Assembly (NCBI GenBank): GCA_010909165.1
Contig: MU008160.1
Location: forward strand, 496,001-560,000
Direction: 5' to 3'
Source: Anthoceros angustus
Taxonomy: Eukaryota; Plantae; Anthocerotophyta
DNA: 64,000 nt
Translations under genes and position numbers: made by a program
Notes under the pieces: model-generated
Told to the model about the DNA's origin: nothing
The model's input: the letters and a program-made list of their open reading frames with translations, nothing else
Databases searched by the model: none
In this document: one piece after another, positions 11,888-26,470 of the stretch
Layout of the letters: each line of letters starts with the position of its first letter
How positions within the stretch are numbered: position 1 is the stretch's first letter

Positions 11888-13320
11888 GCTCTTGCTTCTT
11901 ACCGTGGCGAGCACGATCGTCCTTCTCAATGTTTCCAGCATGATAGGCTCCCTCACAAAATCACGATTCCATTGTCACAGCTAAGAAGGCGGACACTGGC
12001 GTGTGGAGGTTGAAATATTCTTTGGAACATAGAAGCCGCCTTCGATTGCCTCAAGAAATCGGGTGCATGTGGCGAGACTACGCGTGGTGGGATTTGGGGA
12101 TTCCACGCTTAAATTTGTTCTACCGCTCCTCCGATCCATCGCTACGGAGTAGCGGACATCCTTCTCCATTGCGTTTCAAATGCGTAGAGATGATGGCGAT
12201 CAAACGAGCGAGGAAGGCGATTCGAGGACATGTTGAGCGATTCACGGTCGATACCTCACCAACAAAGTTTACGGTCCCTCCAGCAGCCGTTCACATGATA
12301 AGGGTGCCATTCCATTCATCAAAAGGATGTCCACGCACATCGCAAAATTGCGGTAGCATCAAACCCTATCTCCTCTGCGGCCTTCCTACGCGCGCGCCTC
12401 GGCCTATGCAAAAACCAAAACGCCGATGGAACTCGAGCACAAGGATGGCGGCCGCCTACTTCCCTCGTCATCCATGCGCTTGATCATCTGCCGAGAACCT
12501 TAATTGTGCCCTCCATGGCCTCCGGCGTCGAGCATTCCGTCATCGCTCTCTGTCCCCGCTCGGCGCGTCGCCTCCTCCAGGCGTTGGGGCATTCGGCGAG
12601 CTCTTGCTTCTTACCGTGGCGAGCACGATCGTCCTTCTCAATGTTTCCGGCATGATAGCCTCCTCACAAAATCACGATTCCATTGTCACAGCTAAGAAGG
12701 CGGACCACGGCGTGTGGAGGTTGAAATATTCTTTGGAACATAGAAGCCGCCGATTGCCTCAAGAAATCGGGTGCATGTGGCGAGACTACGCGTGGTGGGA
12801 TTTGGGGATTCCACGCTTAAATTTGTTCTACCGCTCCTCCGATCCCATCGCTACGGGAGTACGGACATCCTTCTCCATTGCGCGTTTCGTCCGTCACGAG
12901 ATGATGGCGATCAAACGAGCGAGGAAGGCGATTCGAGGACATGTTGAGCGATTCACGGTCGATACCTCACCAACAAAGTTTACGGTCCCTCAACCGTTCA
13001 CATGATAAGGGTGCCATTCCATTCATCAAAAGGATGTCCACGCACACATCGCAAAATTGCATGCGGTAGCATCAAACCCTATCTCCTCTGCGCGGCCTTC
13101 CTCGCGCATGCCTCGGCCCCTATGCAAAAACCAAAAGCGATGGAACTCGAGCACAAGGGATGGCGCCGCCTACTTCCCTCGTCATCCATGCTTGATCATC
13201 TGCCGAGAACCTTAATTGTGCCCTCCATGGCCTCCGCAGCGTCGAGCATTCGCGTCTCATCGCTCTCTGTCGCTCGGCGCGTCGCCTCCTCCGGCGTTCG
13301 GGCATTGGCGTCGAGATGCC
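11888..13320. repeat. Tandem duplication, ~710-bp unit, 2 copies
   Basis: ctcttgcttcttaccgtggcgagcacgatcg... at ~11889 and ~12601. Copies differ mainly by small indels. Confidence 0.85.
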
Positions 13321-15960
13321 GCCCGCCCTGCGCTTCCGCCGGACACCGTGTCCGATTCCTCGTGGTCGCGCCTCCCCTTGTGCTCGCCCTCGCGGGTGGG
13401 GTCGGGCGCACTCCGCTCTCCTTCTCCTTCCGCTCGCTCTCCTTCTCCCAAACGCCGCCTCGCTCCGCCCTCGGTGCCGTTGCTCCCCTCCTCCTCCTCC
13501 GGTGTCTTGGATCTTGGCCTCCACCGCCGTGAGCTCGTGGCGCGCCTCCGCTCCTCCCCTCCAGCCACCTCCGAGCCTCCGCCTAATCTGCCTTGCTCGG
13601 CGTCGAGATGCCGGCGCCGATGGGCGGTTATTCCTCCAGCGGCTTCCTCAAGCGGCTGGCGCTCAGTCCACTCCCCTGCGCGCGCCGCGGCCCACAGCCC
13701 AGTGTTGCCTCGGCGTCCGCGCAGGATGGCGTCGCCCCATCGCATCCCCCTCATTCCCGCCAGCGGCCATCCGTCGGCCTCGGTCTCGGCGGCGGCGATC
13801 ATCGCCTCGCTCCGCCCTCGGTGCCGTTGCTCCCCTCCTCCTCCTCCGGTGTGCCGCGGATCTGGCCTCCCCGCGTGAGCTCGCGGCGCCTCCCCGCTCC
13901 TCCCTCCGCCTGCCTCCCGAGCCTCCGCCTAATCTGCTGCTGCAGGTGCCTCCCGCCCGATGGGCGGTTATTCCTCCGTTGGCTTCCTCGGCGCGCTCGA
14001 TCCCACTCCCCTGCAGCGATCGCCGCCCGGCCCGTAGTGTTGCCTCTGCTGCTGCCATGGGGAGGGTGCCCTCCGCATCCCGCCTCATTCCCGCCATCGC
14101 CAGCCATCCGTCGGCCTCGGTCTCGGCGGCGGCAGTCATCGCCCTCCCGCCACCATGGCCGACCTCCGGCTCGGGCATGGCGGCGGACATTACTGCCACC
14201 GCCATGCGGCTCGACCTCGGCTCCCGGCGGCGCGTCACGCATCCGCCATCCTGTCCACCCCTCGGCCTCGTCGGCGGCGGCCATGGCCCCTCGTCGGCGT
14301 CCTCCACCCAGGGGTTGGCTTCCTCCTCGCCTCCGCCGCCGCCTCGCCTCGGGAGGCAACCTCCTCCCCTGCGCCCGCCATCGCAGCCATCCGTCGCCAT
14401 GGGGAGAGGAAGGTGCCTCCCCTCCCCCTGCTCCTCGCGCCCCCCCTGCTGGCGTTCCGGTCGCCATGGGGAGGGTGCCCTCCTCCCCGCCGCCATGGCC
14501 TCGTCGGCGGGGAAGGGCACCGTGCCCTCCTCCCGCCCGCCGCTGCGCCGCCCTTCCTGCCGATGGGGATCTTGGGGGGGGAAGGTGCCCTCCCCTCCTC
14601 CTCCATTGCTCACTTGCGCCCTTCCGCCCGCCACCATGGCCGACCTCGGCTCGGGCATGGCGGCGGCGGCGATCATCGCCTCCCGCCACCATGGCCGACC
14701 TCCGGCCGTATGGCCGGACATTAGATCGCCACCGCCATGCCCGAGCTCGACCTCCGGCCACGCAGTGCATCCGCCATCCTGTCCACCCCTCGGCCTCGTC
14801 GGCGGCGGCCATGGCCCCTCCTCCTGCTGCTGCCTCCCCTCCCCCGGGTTGGCTTCCTCCGCCTCCGCCTCCGGGAGGCAACCTCCCCTGTCAATCCGAG
14901 GCCAGGAGTGGAGAGGGAAGGTGCCCTCCCCTCGCCTCCCCGCTGCCGCCATGCGGCTCGACCTCGGCTCGGGCATGGCGGCGGCCTCCCGCCTCGCACT
15001 AGATGTTGCCGGCGGGGAAGGGCACCGCCTCCCCTTCCGCCGCTGCCGCCATGGCGCTTCCGCCGATGGGGATGCTGCTGTGGGGGAGGGAAGGTGCCCT
15101 CCCCTCCTCCTCCCGCCTCCGCCTCGCTGGCTGAGTTGGGCCGGCGGGGAGGGAAGGTGCCTCCCCTCCTCCTCCCGGCGGTGCGCGCCTTCCCTCCTGG
15201 AATCACGTCGCCATGGGGAGGCAAGTGCCCTCCCCTCCTCCTCCAGTGCGCCGCGCCCTTCCTGCTGGCGATCGCGCCATGGGGAGGCAGGTGCCCTCCC
15301 CTCCTCCTCCCCTGCGCCCGCCTTCCTGCTGGCCGCCGCCCGCCATGGGGAGGCAAGGTGCCCTCCCCTCCTCCTCCCCGCTGCGCCCTTCCGCCCGCCA
15401 TGGCGGCGCGCCGCGCCATGGGGAGGCAGGTGCCCTCCCGCCTGCCTCCCCGCTTTCTGCCTCTGCTGCTGCAGGTGCCCTCCCCGCCTCTGTGCGCGCC
15501 CTTCCTCCCGCCATCCGCCATGGGGAGGGCCTGCCCTCCCCTCCTCCTCTGCTGCTGCAGGTGCCTCCCGCCTCCCGCCCGCCATCCGCCATGGGGAGGG
15601 CCTGCCCAGCACTTGCCGCGCCTTCCGCCCGCCTCCTCCACCCCAAGGCGGAGGGCATCCCCCACCTGCCGCCCTTCCATGCCGCCGCCATGGGGAGGGG
15701 CAGTGTCCCTCCGCCTCCTCCCCTCGGGCCGCCGCTGGCCGCCCCGCCCGCCATGGCGGCGGGCCTCCCCTCCTGGCGCTCTTCCTCCCGTCACCGCGGC
15801 GCCCGCCGCCCGGCGCCACGGTGGCAGTCTCCTCCACCCTCCCGCCTTGCGCCGCCTCCCGCCTCCCCGCTGCGCCCTTCCCGCCATGCCCTTGTCCTCC
15901 ATCCGTCTTCCCCCGTGACAGCGCGACCTTCACTCCCTCCACCCCGCCTTCCCCGCCTTG
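13320..15960. repeat. Very GC-rich, C-skewed minisatellite/VNTR
   Basis: Many degenerate copies of cgccatggggagg(gaa/ca)ggtgccctcccctcctcctcc and related units. Long ORFs in all frames are low-complexity P/A/R/G. Confidence 0.85.
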
Positions 15961-17059
15961 CGCTCCCAATATGCCGCATCGGGTGGCTGGCAGGTGTTTA
16001 CGGTGGCCACGGCCTCCCGTTGCGCACTCACTGGGCGGCCCGCGGCCCATGTTCGCCTCCTCAAAGCGGCACATGCACTTCACGGAATGGGAGTTGCAGT
16101 TCTCGTGGCGCGTATACGCCACCGCCATGGACTCCATTTGTCCACCGCCACTGTTCAATGCGGAACTCCTTTGGCAACCATGACACGGGCGTCCCGGCCC
16201 CATCAACCTTTGGCCTACATTTCGTTTGTATCCGCCAACTCCTTTCCTCTTCCCACGACATTCGCATGGGTGTGTCTGGGCGCCCAAAATGTTCACTTAA
16301 ACTCAATATTCGGTTCTCTCATCAATTACATAAACATACTTTTCCGGGTCACCGTCTCGGTCCACGCAAACACGGTAGCGCCACGCGCCTATTACTACCA
16401 ATGCCACAATTGCACGGCATGGCACCGCCATAGTGGCGTAAGCGAAAAAGCGACAAAGCGTAGCTCCTCGTAGACCCCTTCCTCATCCGTCGCACCTCTC
16501 ATACCGAGTGCCAGCGTCGCCCGCCATCCATGGACACCCGCCTCCACCCGCCTCCCCGCCCGCCATCCGCTTGGGCCACCACCGTCCTCTCCGATTGCTT
16601 CCCTTTGTCCCGGAGCTTCACCTCCTTGGCATCACCGGCCTGCCATTTGGGCGGCCTTCGCTCGCTCTCTGCCGTGTGTTGTGATCGTTAAAACTTTTAT
16701 GTTTTACCTTGACATTCCGCACCACGTCTTCCGCGTTTCCACTAGCCACTCGCGATGCAAACTCCTCCGCTTCCATTCCAAGGAGGTGCGCGCGAAAAAG
16801 CGCTGCCCACCGCCGCCCATCGCCATCGCCGAGGAGCACGCGCACCACCTCGGCTCCTTCCTCTCCATCCATCACACTTGCGGCGGTGTTCGCGTCCCGC
16901 TGCGGTTCACACCTACACCGTGTACAAAAAGCGGGAGGTGTCCATCGCACGCAATATCACCTCCACCAATCGCCTTACAACACCGGGGTGGCAGCGCGCC
17001 CGCCACCACCGTTCGCACCGGTCGTCCGCTTCCGCCTCCGCCCCTCCTTCTTGGCTTCT

Positions 17060-20000
17060 CTTCCTCTTTTCCCTCGTTATGGCCGATTCGTTCCGCCCAT
17101 CACGGCAAGTTCGGATCGGCTTCCCAACGTTCACCCCGCCGTTGTGGATCGCACGACGTTTTACTGCCGTTCCTTGGCGTTTGTGCCTCGGACTCCACAA
17201 CCTTGAGATCGGCCCAAGTGCGGTCATGCGACAGCGTATTGGCATGCATCATGCAAAACGTCATCCGCCATGTGGCCAATGTTTTACCACGATGCGGAGG
17301 GAAAACGTATGCCAACCGCCGCACCTTGTTGTTTTCCACGTTATTCCTACATATATAGCCATGTATGATAACTAGTTTTCAAAGACCAGGTCATGAACAA
17401 TGACTTGTACCATAGGCCAAGGACCCTTTTCGATGATGCATGTAGAGACAATTCCATTGGCCAAGCATACACATAGGCCAAGCATACGACTGGAAAAACA
17501 CAAGGAAATTTCGACGCATCGTGGGAAAAATCAATCCCCATGGGCCAACAACTTTTGGAGGATGCATTCAAAGAATTGCCACGAAGATTACAAGGACAAA
17601 ACCAAAACAAAACTTCGCCCATGTCATGCGAGTTTACGTTGTTATTCCACATATAGACATACATGATATACCTCGGTTCAACGAATACATTCATTGTCAC
17701 ATGCCAAAGGCCAAGGAGCCTTTCCCACATGTCGGAAAGATGCACGAAGCATACAAAAGGTAACATATGGAAAGGAACTTTTCAATGCACCACAGAAGCA
17801 GTTCCTCGCCATTCTTCTTCGGGCGCTTCCTGCGCTCTTTTCCCTCGTTATGGCCGATTCGTTCCGCCCATCACAAGTTCGGGGCGCTTCCCAACGTTCA
17901 CCGCCTTCGTTGTGGATCGCGGCGGGCCAGTTTGCGCTGCCGTTCCTTGGCGTTTGTGCCTCGGACTCCACAACCTTGAGATCGGCCTGCGTCATGCGAC
18001 AGCGTATTGCATCATGCAAAAACGTCATCCGCCATGTGGCCAATGTTTTACGCCCACGATGCGGAGGGAAAACGTATACCAACCATGTTTGTTTTCCACG
18101 TTATTCCGTTATTCCTACATATATAGCCATGTATGATATAACTATTTTCAAAGACCAGGTCATGAACAATGACTTGTACCATAGGCCAAGGACCCTTTTC
18201 GATGATGCATGTAGAGACAATTCCATTCGCCAAGCATACACATAGGCCAAGCATACAGACTGGGAAAAAACACAAGGGAAATTTCTGACGCATCGTGGGA
18301 AAAAATCAATCCCCATGGGCCACACAACTTTTTGGAGGATGCATTCAAAGAATTGCCACAGGCGAAGATTACAACGGGACAAAACCAAAACAAAACTTCG
18401 CCCATGTCATGCGAGTTTACGTTGTTATTCCACATATAGACATACATGATATACCTCGGTTCAACGAATACATTCATTGTCACATGCCAAAGGCCAAGGA
18501 GCCTTTTCCCACATGTCGGAAAGATGCACGAAGCATACAAAAGGTAACATATGGAAAGGAACTTTTCAATGCACCACAGAAGCAGTTCCTCGCCATTCTT
18601 ATTCGGGCGCTTCCTGCTCTTTTCCCTCGTTATGGCCGATTCGTTCCGCCCATCACGGTTCGGTGGCTTCCCAACGTTCACTGCCCGCCGTTGTGGATCG
18701 CGTGGACGGGCGAGTTTGCCGCTGCCGTTCCTTGGCGTTTGTGCCTCGGACTCCACAACCTTGAGATCGGTAGTGCGGTCATGCGACAGCGTATTGGCAT
18801 GCATCATGCAAAAACGTCATCCGCCATGTGGCCAATGTTTTCTGCCCACGATGCGGAGGGAAAACGTATGCCAACCCGCAGCACCATGTTTTGTTTTCCA
18901 CGTTATTCCTACATATATAGCCATGTATGATATAACTATTTTCAAAGACCGGTCATGAACAATGACTTGTACCATAGGCCAAGGACCCTTTTCGATGATG
19001 CATGTAGAGACAATTCCATTGGCCAAGCATACACATAGGCCAAGCATACGGAGGGAAAAACACAAGGAAATTTCGGCGCATCGTGGGAAAAATCAATCCC
19101 CATGGGCCACAACTTTTGGAGGATGCATTCAAAGAATTGCCACGAAGATTACAAGGACAAAACCAAAACAAAACTTCGCCCATGTCATGCGAGTTTACGT
19201 TGTTATTCTGCACATATATGAACATACATGATATACCTCGGTTCAGCAGCCATTCATTGTCACATGCCAAAGGCCAAGGAGCCTTTTCCCACATGTCGGA
19301 AAGATGCAAGCATACAAAAGGTAACATATGGAAAGGAACTTTTCAATGCACTGAAGCAGTTCCTTCGCCATAGGCCAAGGAACTCATCCGGATGCATGGA
19401 AAAAAGCGATGCGAAGCACAAAAGGCAAAAAACCCACAACACAACTTCTATCCTATCATGCACGTTAACGGTGTTATTCTTGCATATATAGACATACATA
19501 ATATACCTTAGTTCTAAGATGAAGACATTACCATTCACTTCTACCAAAGGCCAAGGACCATTTTCCTGAAGCTTCAGCGAAAAAGGCAAAAACAATATGT
19601 TTCGCATGCATCATGGACAAAGTTCATTCCCCATGCCCCAAGGAACTTTGTTCATGATGCATGGAAACTTGCCATCGACGAAGGATAGAAGAAGGCAAAA
19701 CTAGAGCACAACTTCTCACATATCATGCGGTGTACGGTGTTTTCCGCATATATAGAAAAACATAATATACCTCTTTTCCAAGGCGAAGACATTATCACTT
19801 GTACCAAAGTGCAAGGACCCTTTTCATTGATGCATATAAAGGAAAACCCTTTTCGCGATACATAGAAAAGGGAAACAAAAATAAGAAGCTTTTCCATTGC
19901 TACCGCACAAAGATCCTTAGGCATATGCCAAGGAACTTTATCGACGATGCATGGAAAATTTGCTTTGCAAGGGATAGAGGAAGAAAAACTGAGCACATCT

Positions 20001-20570
20001 TGCGTGACTTAGTTTTCAACTTTCTCCTACATATATATCCATATATTATATACCAACCTTTCAAGGATGCTAGCATGTCCTCTCAATCCTACTATAGGCC
20101 AATGTCCAAGGAACAAGACATATGTAATATTTATGTCTATATATGCAGGATTACATGCATATGTGCACATGCTCTAACACGCCAACGTCCCTTCGCTAAA
20201 CCCTAAAGATGTTTTACCTTTACATCTGCCATCCAACTATTGACACACACACATATGGGAAGACCAAGCCTACTGTAGTATATGTAGCACTAACTTCCTT
20301 GGCCTTTGGTGGTTGAAACAACATGCATGATGTTTCGCTTTGTGACAAATCCCAAATGCCAAGGATGACATGTCCTTTGTAGTATATGCCTCTCGCCTTC
20401 CTTGGCCTTTGGCATGGACACACCATGCATGATGTTTCCTCCTTTCAAATATCCCAAAGGCCAAGGTTGTCAAGTCCTCATACTATATGTACCACTATCT
20501 TCCTTGGCCTTTGAAAATTGGAACATTATGCATTATGTTCCATCCTTTTTGGGCCTTATAGTTTGGCCCA
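17060..20570. repeat. Hierarchical tandem array: three ~770-bp copies built from older ~260-bp subunits carrying the motif (CCAA/CAT)AGGCCAAGGA
   Basis: ttccctcgttatggccgattcg starts copies at ~17069, ~17839 and ~18622. Degenerate subunits continue to ~20000, and inverted ccttggcctttg copies occur at ~20297-20512. Confidence 0.8.
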
Positions 20571-20739
20571 AAACCCCCTACTAGACATGTGTGAACAAAA
20601 ACCTCATACTCAATATCCATCATTATTAGCCATCCATTCGGTTCGGAAATGCAGGACAAATTCACTATATATGCTTGGGTTCGGTCAGGGTATGGAGGAA
20701 GTGATTTGACATAAACCGCAAATTGCTACGAGAACACGG

Positions 20740-23700
20740 CCGTCCTTGGTCATGTCGGAATCCCCTTCCGTGAGCGGACGATGTTTTGTAGGAGGCCACG
20801 CACTCGCCACGTGCACCGGCATGGCCTGTCTGCTGAAGATGCGACCGCGTCTTCCCCAAGCGTCCGGGCCGCATTCTTGTCCACGGCCTCTGTCCGGTCC
20901 TCGCACGAATACTTCAAACATAAACAACGCGTCTTCTAGAAGGCGCGTTTAAGCGACATGTCCTCATCTCCACCATCGCCTTAAACAATGCGGCCATCCG
21001 ACGAGGTGCATCGAGAGCGGCGGCGCGCCCATCTCTCTTCCGATGTAATGAATGTCGTGTTTCCGTAGTAGCGAGGCGGGCATTCTTGTTAATCCTAAGC
21101 GGGGTTTGAGGCGTTTGGGGGCACGACTCCACGAAATAATGAACCTCTGCGCTCTTGTCATGCAGAAAGACTGTGAAGACGGGGAGACGGCGCTCCGTAT
21201 CTTCCTGCAGCATCGGCCGGCGGCTGGTTCGCCATCGCGGACACGCCCCCCCCCTCTGCCATCTCCCACCCCTTGACTGGAAATCGCGGCGCTGGAGGCC
21301 GTGACCAAGGCACACCCATCTTTTTTGGTGGACTCTGCACCAATCCAAGTGAAAACATGGCGAGCGAGGAGGCGGGCGCCGCCGGTGAATGCGTGCGATG
21401 GCGGTGGCGACATTCTCGGAGATTGGGTGAACTCACGACGAGGATGCAAATGTCTTCCACCAAATCCCCACGCCAAGGTCGGCCTCATCGCGTTTCCAAG
21501 CCTCTGCCGCTGCTAGAATTCACGGTCGAGGCAATCCGCAAGGCCCTCCGGTGTGCGGACACCGGCCATCGGCGGACCCTTGGCGGTGTGCATTGCGGGA
21601 TCGGCGGCGCGGCTGGGCCGGAGCGGTACCGGGGGCGGTGAGGGTGGGGGTGCACGTTCCCTCCACGGCCGGAACACCTGGTGCGTGCGGCAATGGAAAC
21701 ATCCCCTCACACAACGACGCAATCACCCGATTATGGTTCCCGAGAGGCGGCGAGGAGGCGGGCGTCGCGCGCCGGGTGCACATGAAGAAGCTCTATTACG
21801 GTTCCGAGAATCGCATTTACGAGGCCATCCACTTAGGACCGAGGCGATGGGGAGGCGCTTTGTCGGAGGATTGCGCAGTCGCATGGTGGAGTTGCACGCT
21901 GCAGCCATGCCCGTGGGAGCGAGGTATGCAGTTTGAGTTTGACCGGGGGCTGCGCCGTGGACGGTGGCCCTTCCGCCTTCCCAGCAATTTGGGCCTGGTT
22001 GCTTCGAGCGCAACGAAGGTGCAAACCAGCGATTCGCCCTGCAGTCCTCACAGATGACCGCTCCCATTCACGCATGCACGTAGCGCTAACGTTTTGCAAG
22101 GTGCGCTTTTGTATGTCCGGGATCCCGATCCCGATAGCCGCCGTAGTCCGCAACTAAAGCGGTCTTGGAAGAGGAGGAAGGAGCGTGCGGCGGGGAAGCG
22201 GATTTCGACGGAGATGACGTGCACACTGGTGGTGGACGGGACAGGACTCGATCTCCCGGTCGGACGCTGAGATCCGACTTCGACCAAGTGGCTTCCAGGG
22301 CGTCATCGCCCGACCTCGGGGGCACACAGTGCACTGCAGGTGGGGCCTTCGTAGTCATTGACGATTCCGCAGATGAAAGGACAGCGGCGCCCTCCGGCGC
22401 TGCTGTTCGAGATGGACGGTCGCCCGCTGGAGCATCCAGTGCGGTGGGAACGCGCCCGCGCACCATCCGCCATCGGCGTCGATTCTTGAAACATACGAGC
22501 GGTTGCGGCATGGCGGCGAGGAGGCGCCGTCGCCGGTGAATCTCATGCGATGGCGGTGGCGACATTCTCGGAGATTGGGTGAACTCACGACGAGGATGCA
22601 AATGTCTTCGATCAAATCCCCAGGTCGGCCTCATCGCGTTTCCAAGCCTCACCTGCTAGAATTCACGGTCGCGAGGCAATCCGCAAACCCCTCCGGTGTG
22701 CGGACAGCAGTGCGGCGGACCCTTGGCCGGCGTGTGCATTGCGGGATCGGCGGCGCGATCTGGGCGGCGACGGGCGGTACCTTCCGGGCGGTGAGGGTGG
22801 GGGTGCACGTTCCCTCACGGCCGGAACGCACGCAGCGGCGTGCGGCAATGGGAAACATCCCCTCACACAACGCCGCAATCACCCGATTATGGTTCCCGGG
22901 AGACGGCAGAGGGCGGGCGTCTGGCGGTCACGGGCGGGTGCACATGAAGAAGCTCTATTACGGTTCCGCAGAATCGCATTACGAGGCCATCCACTTAGGA
23001 CCGGCGAGATGGGGAGGCGCTTTGTCGGAGGATTGCTGCAACGCAGTGGTGGAGTTGCACGTCACGGGCCATGCCGTGGGGCGAGTATGATTCGAGTTTG
23101 AGGCAGGTGCTGCGCACTCGTGGACGGTGGCGACCCTCTTCCGCCTTCCCAGCAATTTGGGCCTGGTTGCTTCATCGAGCGCAACGGAAGGTGCAAACCA
23201 GCGATTCGCCCATTGCGGTCCTCACAGATGACCGCTCTGTTCCGGTAGCCTGCATCACAGGCGCTAACGTTTTGCAAGGTGCGCTTTTGTATGTCGGGAT
23301 CACCTGTATCCCGGATAGCCGTTCATGGTCCGCAACTTCTAAAGCGGTCTTGGAAGAGGAGGAAGGCGTCGGGAAGCGGATTGGAGATGGCGTGCACAAG
23401 TGTGGTGGACGGACAGACTCGATCTCCGGCCGGACGCCGAGATCCGACTTGACCAAGTGGCTTCAGGCGTCATCGCCCGACCTCGAGAACGCGTTGCGGT
23501 GGGGCCTTCGTAGTCATTGGCGATTCCGAGATGAAAGGACAGCGGCGCCCTCCGGCTGCTGTTGATGCGATGCGCCGGAGCATCCGGTCCGGTGGGAGCA
23601 GCGCTGCGACCATCCGCCATCGGCGTCGATTCTTGAAACATACGGCGTTGCGGCATGGCGATGCCTTCCGTCCTCCACAGGCTGCGAAGAAAGCGCGACC

Positions 23701-26470
23701 ATCTCCCATGCGCTGAACGGAATGCGCGAGCGTGAGGCCAAGATGTTTTCGACATCCGCGCGCGCGAGAGAGAATCAGGATGGGGAATCCGGACCACGCT
23801 GCGGTGTTGACCAGTGCACTCGATTATGGAGAAGCGGCGAGGACATCGGATAGACACGGGAGGGTTGCTGCGGCGGTGGTGGCGTCCGGTTGGAGCTTTA
23901 CGATGTCGGGGCGATGAGAAGGCTTCATCGCCGATCGCGCCGCCGCGCGAGCTCTTGAAGCTGGAAGACGAGACCCGCCTCGATCTCGGGGCCATAGAGC
24001 CCGAGGACTTCTTTGGAGACATGGGCCACAACCAACCTCCGCCACTGCTGATGAGGAGGAGTTCTGCGCGCACGGCGATCCGAGAATGGAAGAGAGCGCC
24101 CGCGGCGAGCGTAACGATTTGTGAGGGAGACGTCGGGCGGTTTACGGAAGTGGCGCAAGAGGCCCACGATGCCGCCAACTCCGCTATCGCGGTTCGCCCT
24201 CACAAATACCACTGGAGCCCATCCACGACAGACACTGTAAGAGGCGGATTGTCTTGAAGGTAGGACCTCCTGCGCCTCTTGCCATTCAAGATTGAAGATA
24301 CCCCAGCCGCGCCATGGCCACTTTCAGCTTGCGGGTGGCGGTAGAGGGCGCGGCGAATGCGGGCCTGTCGACCTCTTCAAGCAACATTGTGATGGGAAGT
24401 CCTGTTCCACGGTTCCATGTCCGATCGCAACCCGGCATGGGGGTAGTTGCAGGCGAGGCAGTTGGGGACTCGCGGCATCGGCGAGGCATGGCGCCCGCCT
24501 GCCTCCGAGGCTGCGAAGAAAGCCGCCACCATCTCCCATGCGCTGAACGGAATGCGCGAGAGCGCGTGAGGCCAAGATGTTTTCGACATCTGCGCGAGGC
24601 GCGAGAGAGAGTGCAGGATGGGGAATCCGGACCACGCCGTGTTGACCAAGTGCACTCGATTATGGAGAAGGCGGCGAGGACATCGGATAGACACGGGAGG
24701 TTGCTGCGGCGGTGGCCCCGGGTTGGAGCTTTACGATGTCGATGAGAAGGCTTCATCCGACGTGACTCGCCCCGCGGCGAGGCTCTTGAAGCCGCTGGAA
24801 GACGAGACCCGCCTCGATCTCGGGGCCATAGAGCCCGAGGACTTGCCGGAGACATGGGCCACAACCAACCTCCGCCACTGCTGATGAGGAGGAGTTGCAC
24901 CGCACGCCACCGAGAATGGAAGAGAGCGCCCCGCTCGGTGAGCGTACGGGGAGAGAGGCCGCGCTTTACCGGAAGTGGCGCAAGAGGCCCACGATGCCGC
25001 CAACTCCGCTATGCGCGGTTCGCCCTCACAAATACCACTGGAGCCCATCCACGATGCAAAGATCGCCTGTAAGAGGCGGATTGTCAAGGTAGGACCTCCG
25101 CTCGCCATTCAAGAATTGAAGTGCCCAAGATATACCGCCATGGCCACTTTCCGACGCGGTGATGCCCATTGTAGAGGTCGGCACAATGGGCCCCGATGAC
25201 CTCTTCAAGCAACATTGTGATGGGAAGTCTGTGGTTCTACTGCCCATGTCCAAGACGCAACCCGGCATGGGGGTAGTTTGCCGAGGCGAGACGGTTGACG
25301 AGGGGCCGACTCGCCACGACGGCGAGGCATGGCGGCAGCGTAATCCCATGTTCATGAACTGCGTGTTTGAGGCGAGGGACAACCCGGGGCTCGGGGACCG
25401 CACCACATCAAAAGGGAAGTCCATCTCGCGGATGAGCGATTGTGTGGTGAGTCGCGTGTGTGTGGAGTGTTCATCATAGCTGCAGCCTTTCATTCTAACA
25501 CGCAGCCTCGACTCACGTGCTCGGTTCTTTGGCTACCTCGTGTACATGGTCTTGGCGGCCGGCGTGCAAGTGTCATGCCCCATGGCCACAATTGCACACG
25601 CCCCGCGCGGCGGATGGACGGCGTGCGAAGGTGTGGCAAGATGCGCCGGGCTCATCGTTCTTGAGGAAGGCCTTCAAGGCGGACATGAAAGCGTGCTACC
25701 CGAGGTGATGGGTGTGTTGTCTATCTTGAAGGCCTCATGGGCAAGTGCGGGGCAGCGCGGCCATCAAGGAGGCCGTTGCCCTCATCACGGCTGGGGATCC
25801 GGAGTTTTTCGACATTTTGCACGCCGTGGACCGCAGCTTGGCATGGAGGTGAGCATGGTCCAGAGAGGCTAACCGAGGAGGTCTTGTTTAAAAGTGCTTG
25901 CATGTTGGGGGCTTGTGGGGACGGGTTCGGACTTGTGGTGCAGCTTGGGCCTTTCGCGGTGATGCCCATTGTGAACACGTTATCTTTGAGGTGGTCGATT
26001 TCTTTTCTCCGGTGCTCAAGGATGTACAGCAGATGACTTCCTGAACGGGACGACCTTTGAGGCATGCACCCCACGAGACCATGTTCGCCGGCGGCGTGGG
26101 TTGTCTTTGCAGACGGGCGGCATACACCTTCATAACGGACCGCGTGTTCTTTGGTGAGGGGGCGCCAATTGTGGTGTTTGAAGTACCATTGATGACGGGA
26201 GGACAGCTCCCCACAGCCATGACGTGCAGGGGGACATTGCTCCTTCCATTGTATGACTCGAGGACACTATGTGCGCGAGTGCGACTATTTCTCACAACAC
26301 GGTTTATGGCATGGCCTAGCGTAGATTGCCGAGCCATTGTAGAGGTGGCCAAGTCGTTGTGTGATGTGTGATGTTCGATTGGGATTGTGGACTACATGTT
26401 TCCGAAATGCCATCCCATTGGTAATTATTGATGAGCAAGTTGCGTGTTCATTGGACGGTGTTCGCTTGTG
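20740..26470 (+). pseudogene. Frameshifted, spliced gene of unknown function inside the TIR element (gene A), with internal duplications 21356-23660 and 23690-25330
   Basis: Protein-like segments (RLHEIMNLCALVMQKDCEDGETALRIFLQH; GNIPSHNDAITRLWFP...HMKKLYYGSENRIYEAIHLGP; ELLKLEDETRLDLGAIEPEDFFGDM; DDLFKQHCDGKSVVLLPM). Canonical introns with a CTAAC branch point at ~22019-22100 and 25447-25505. Confidence 0.45.

Noticed and set aside
12600-13100. KDZ-like catalytic tail on the minus strand (SFDRHHL…GEGCPYSRSDGIGGAVEQI)
   Set aside because: The resemblance is loose, flanked by stops, and lacks the upstream CxHG and YDxxC motifs. Left as a test for HMM searches only.
13316-16433. Very long ORFs (955, 877, 469, 406 aa) on both strands
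   Set aside because: They arise from a stop-poor GC-rich minisatellite. All frames are open and the translations are low-complexity.
17060-19400. Possible CRISPR-like array
   Set aside because: Units are hundreds of bp long, there are no unique spacers between identical short repeats, there are no cas genes, and the context is eukaryotic.
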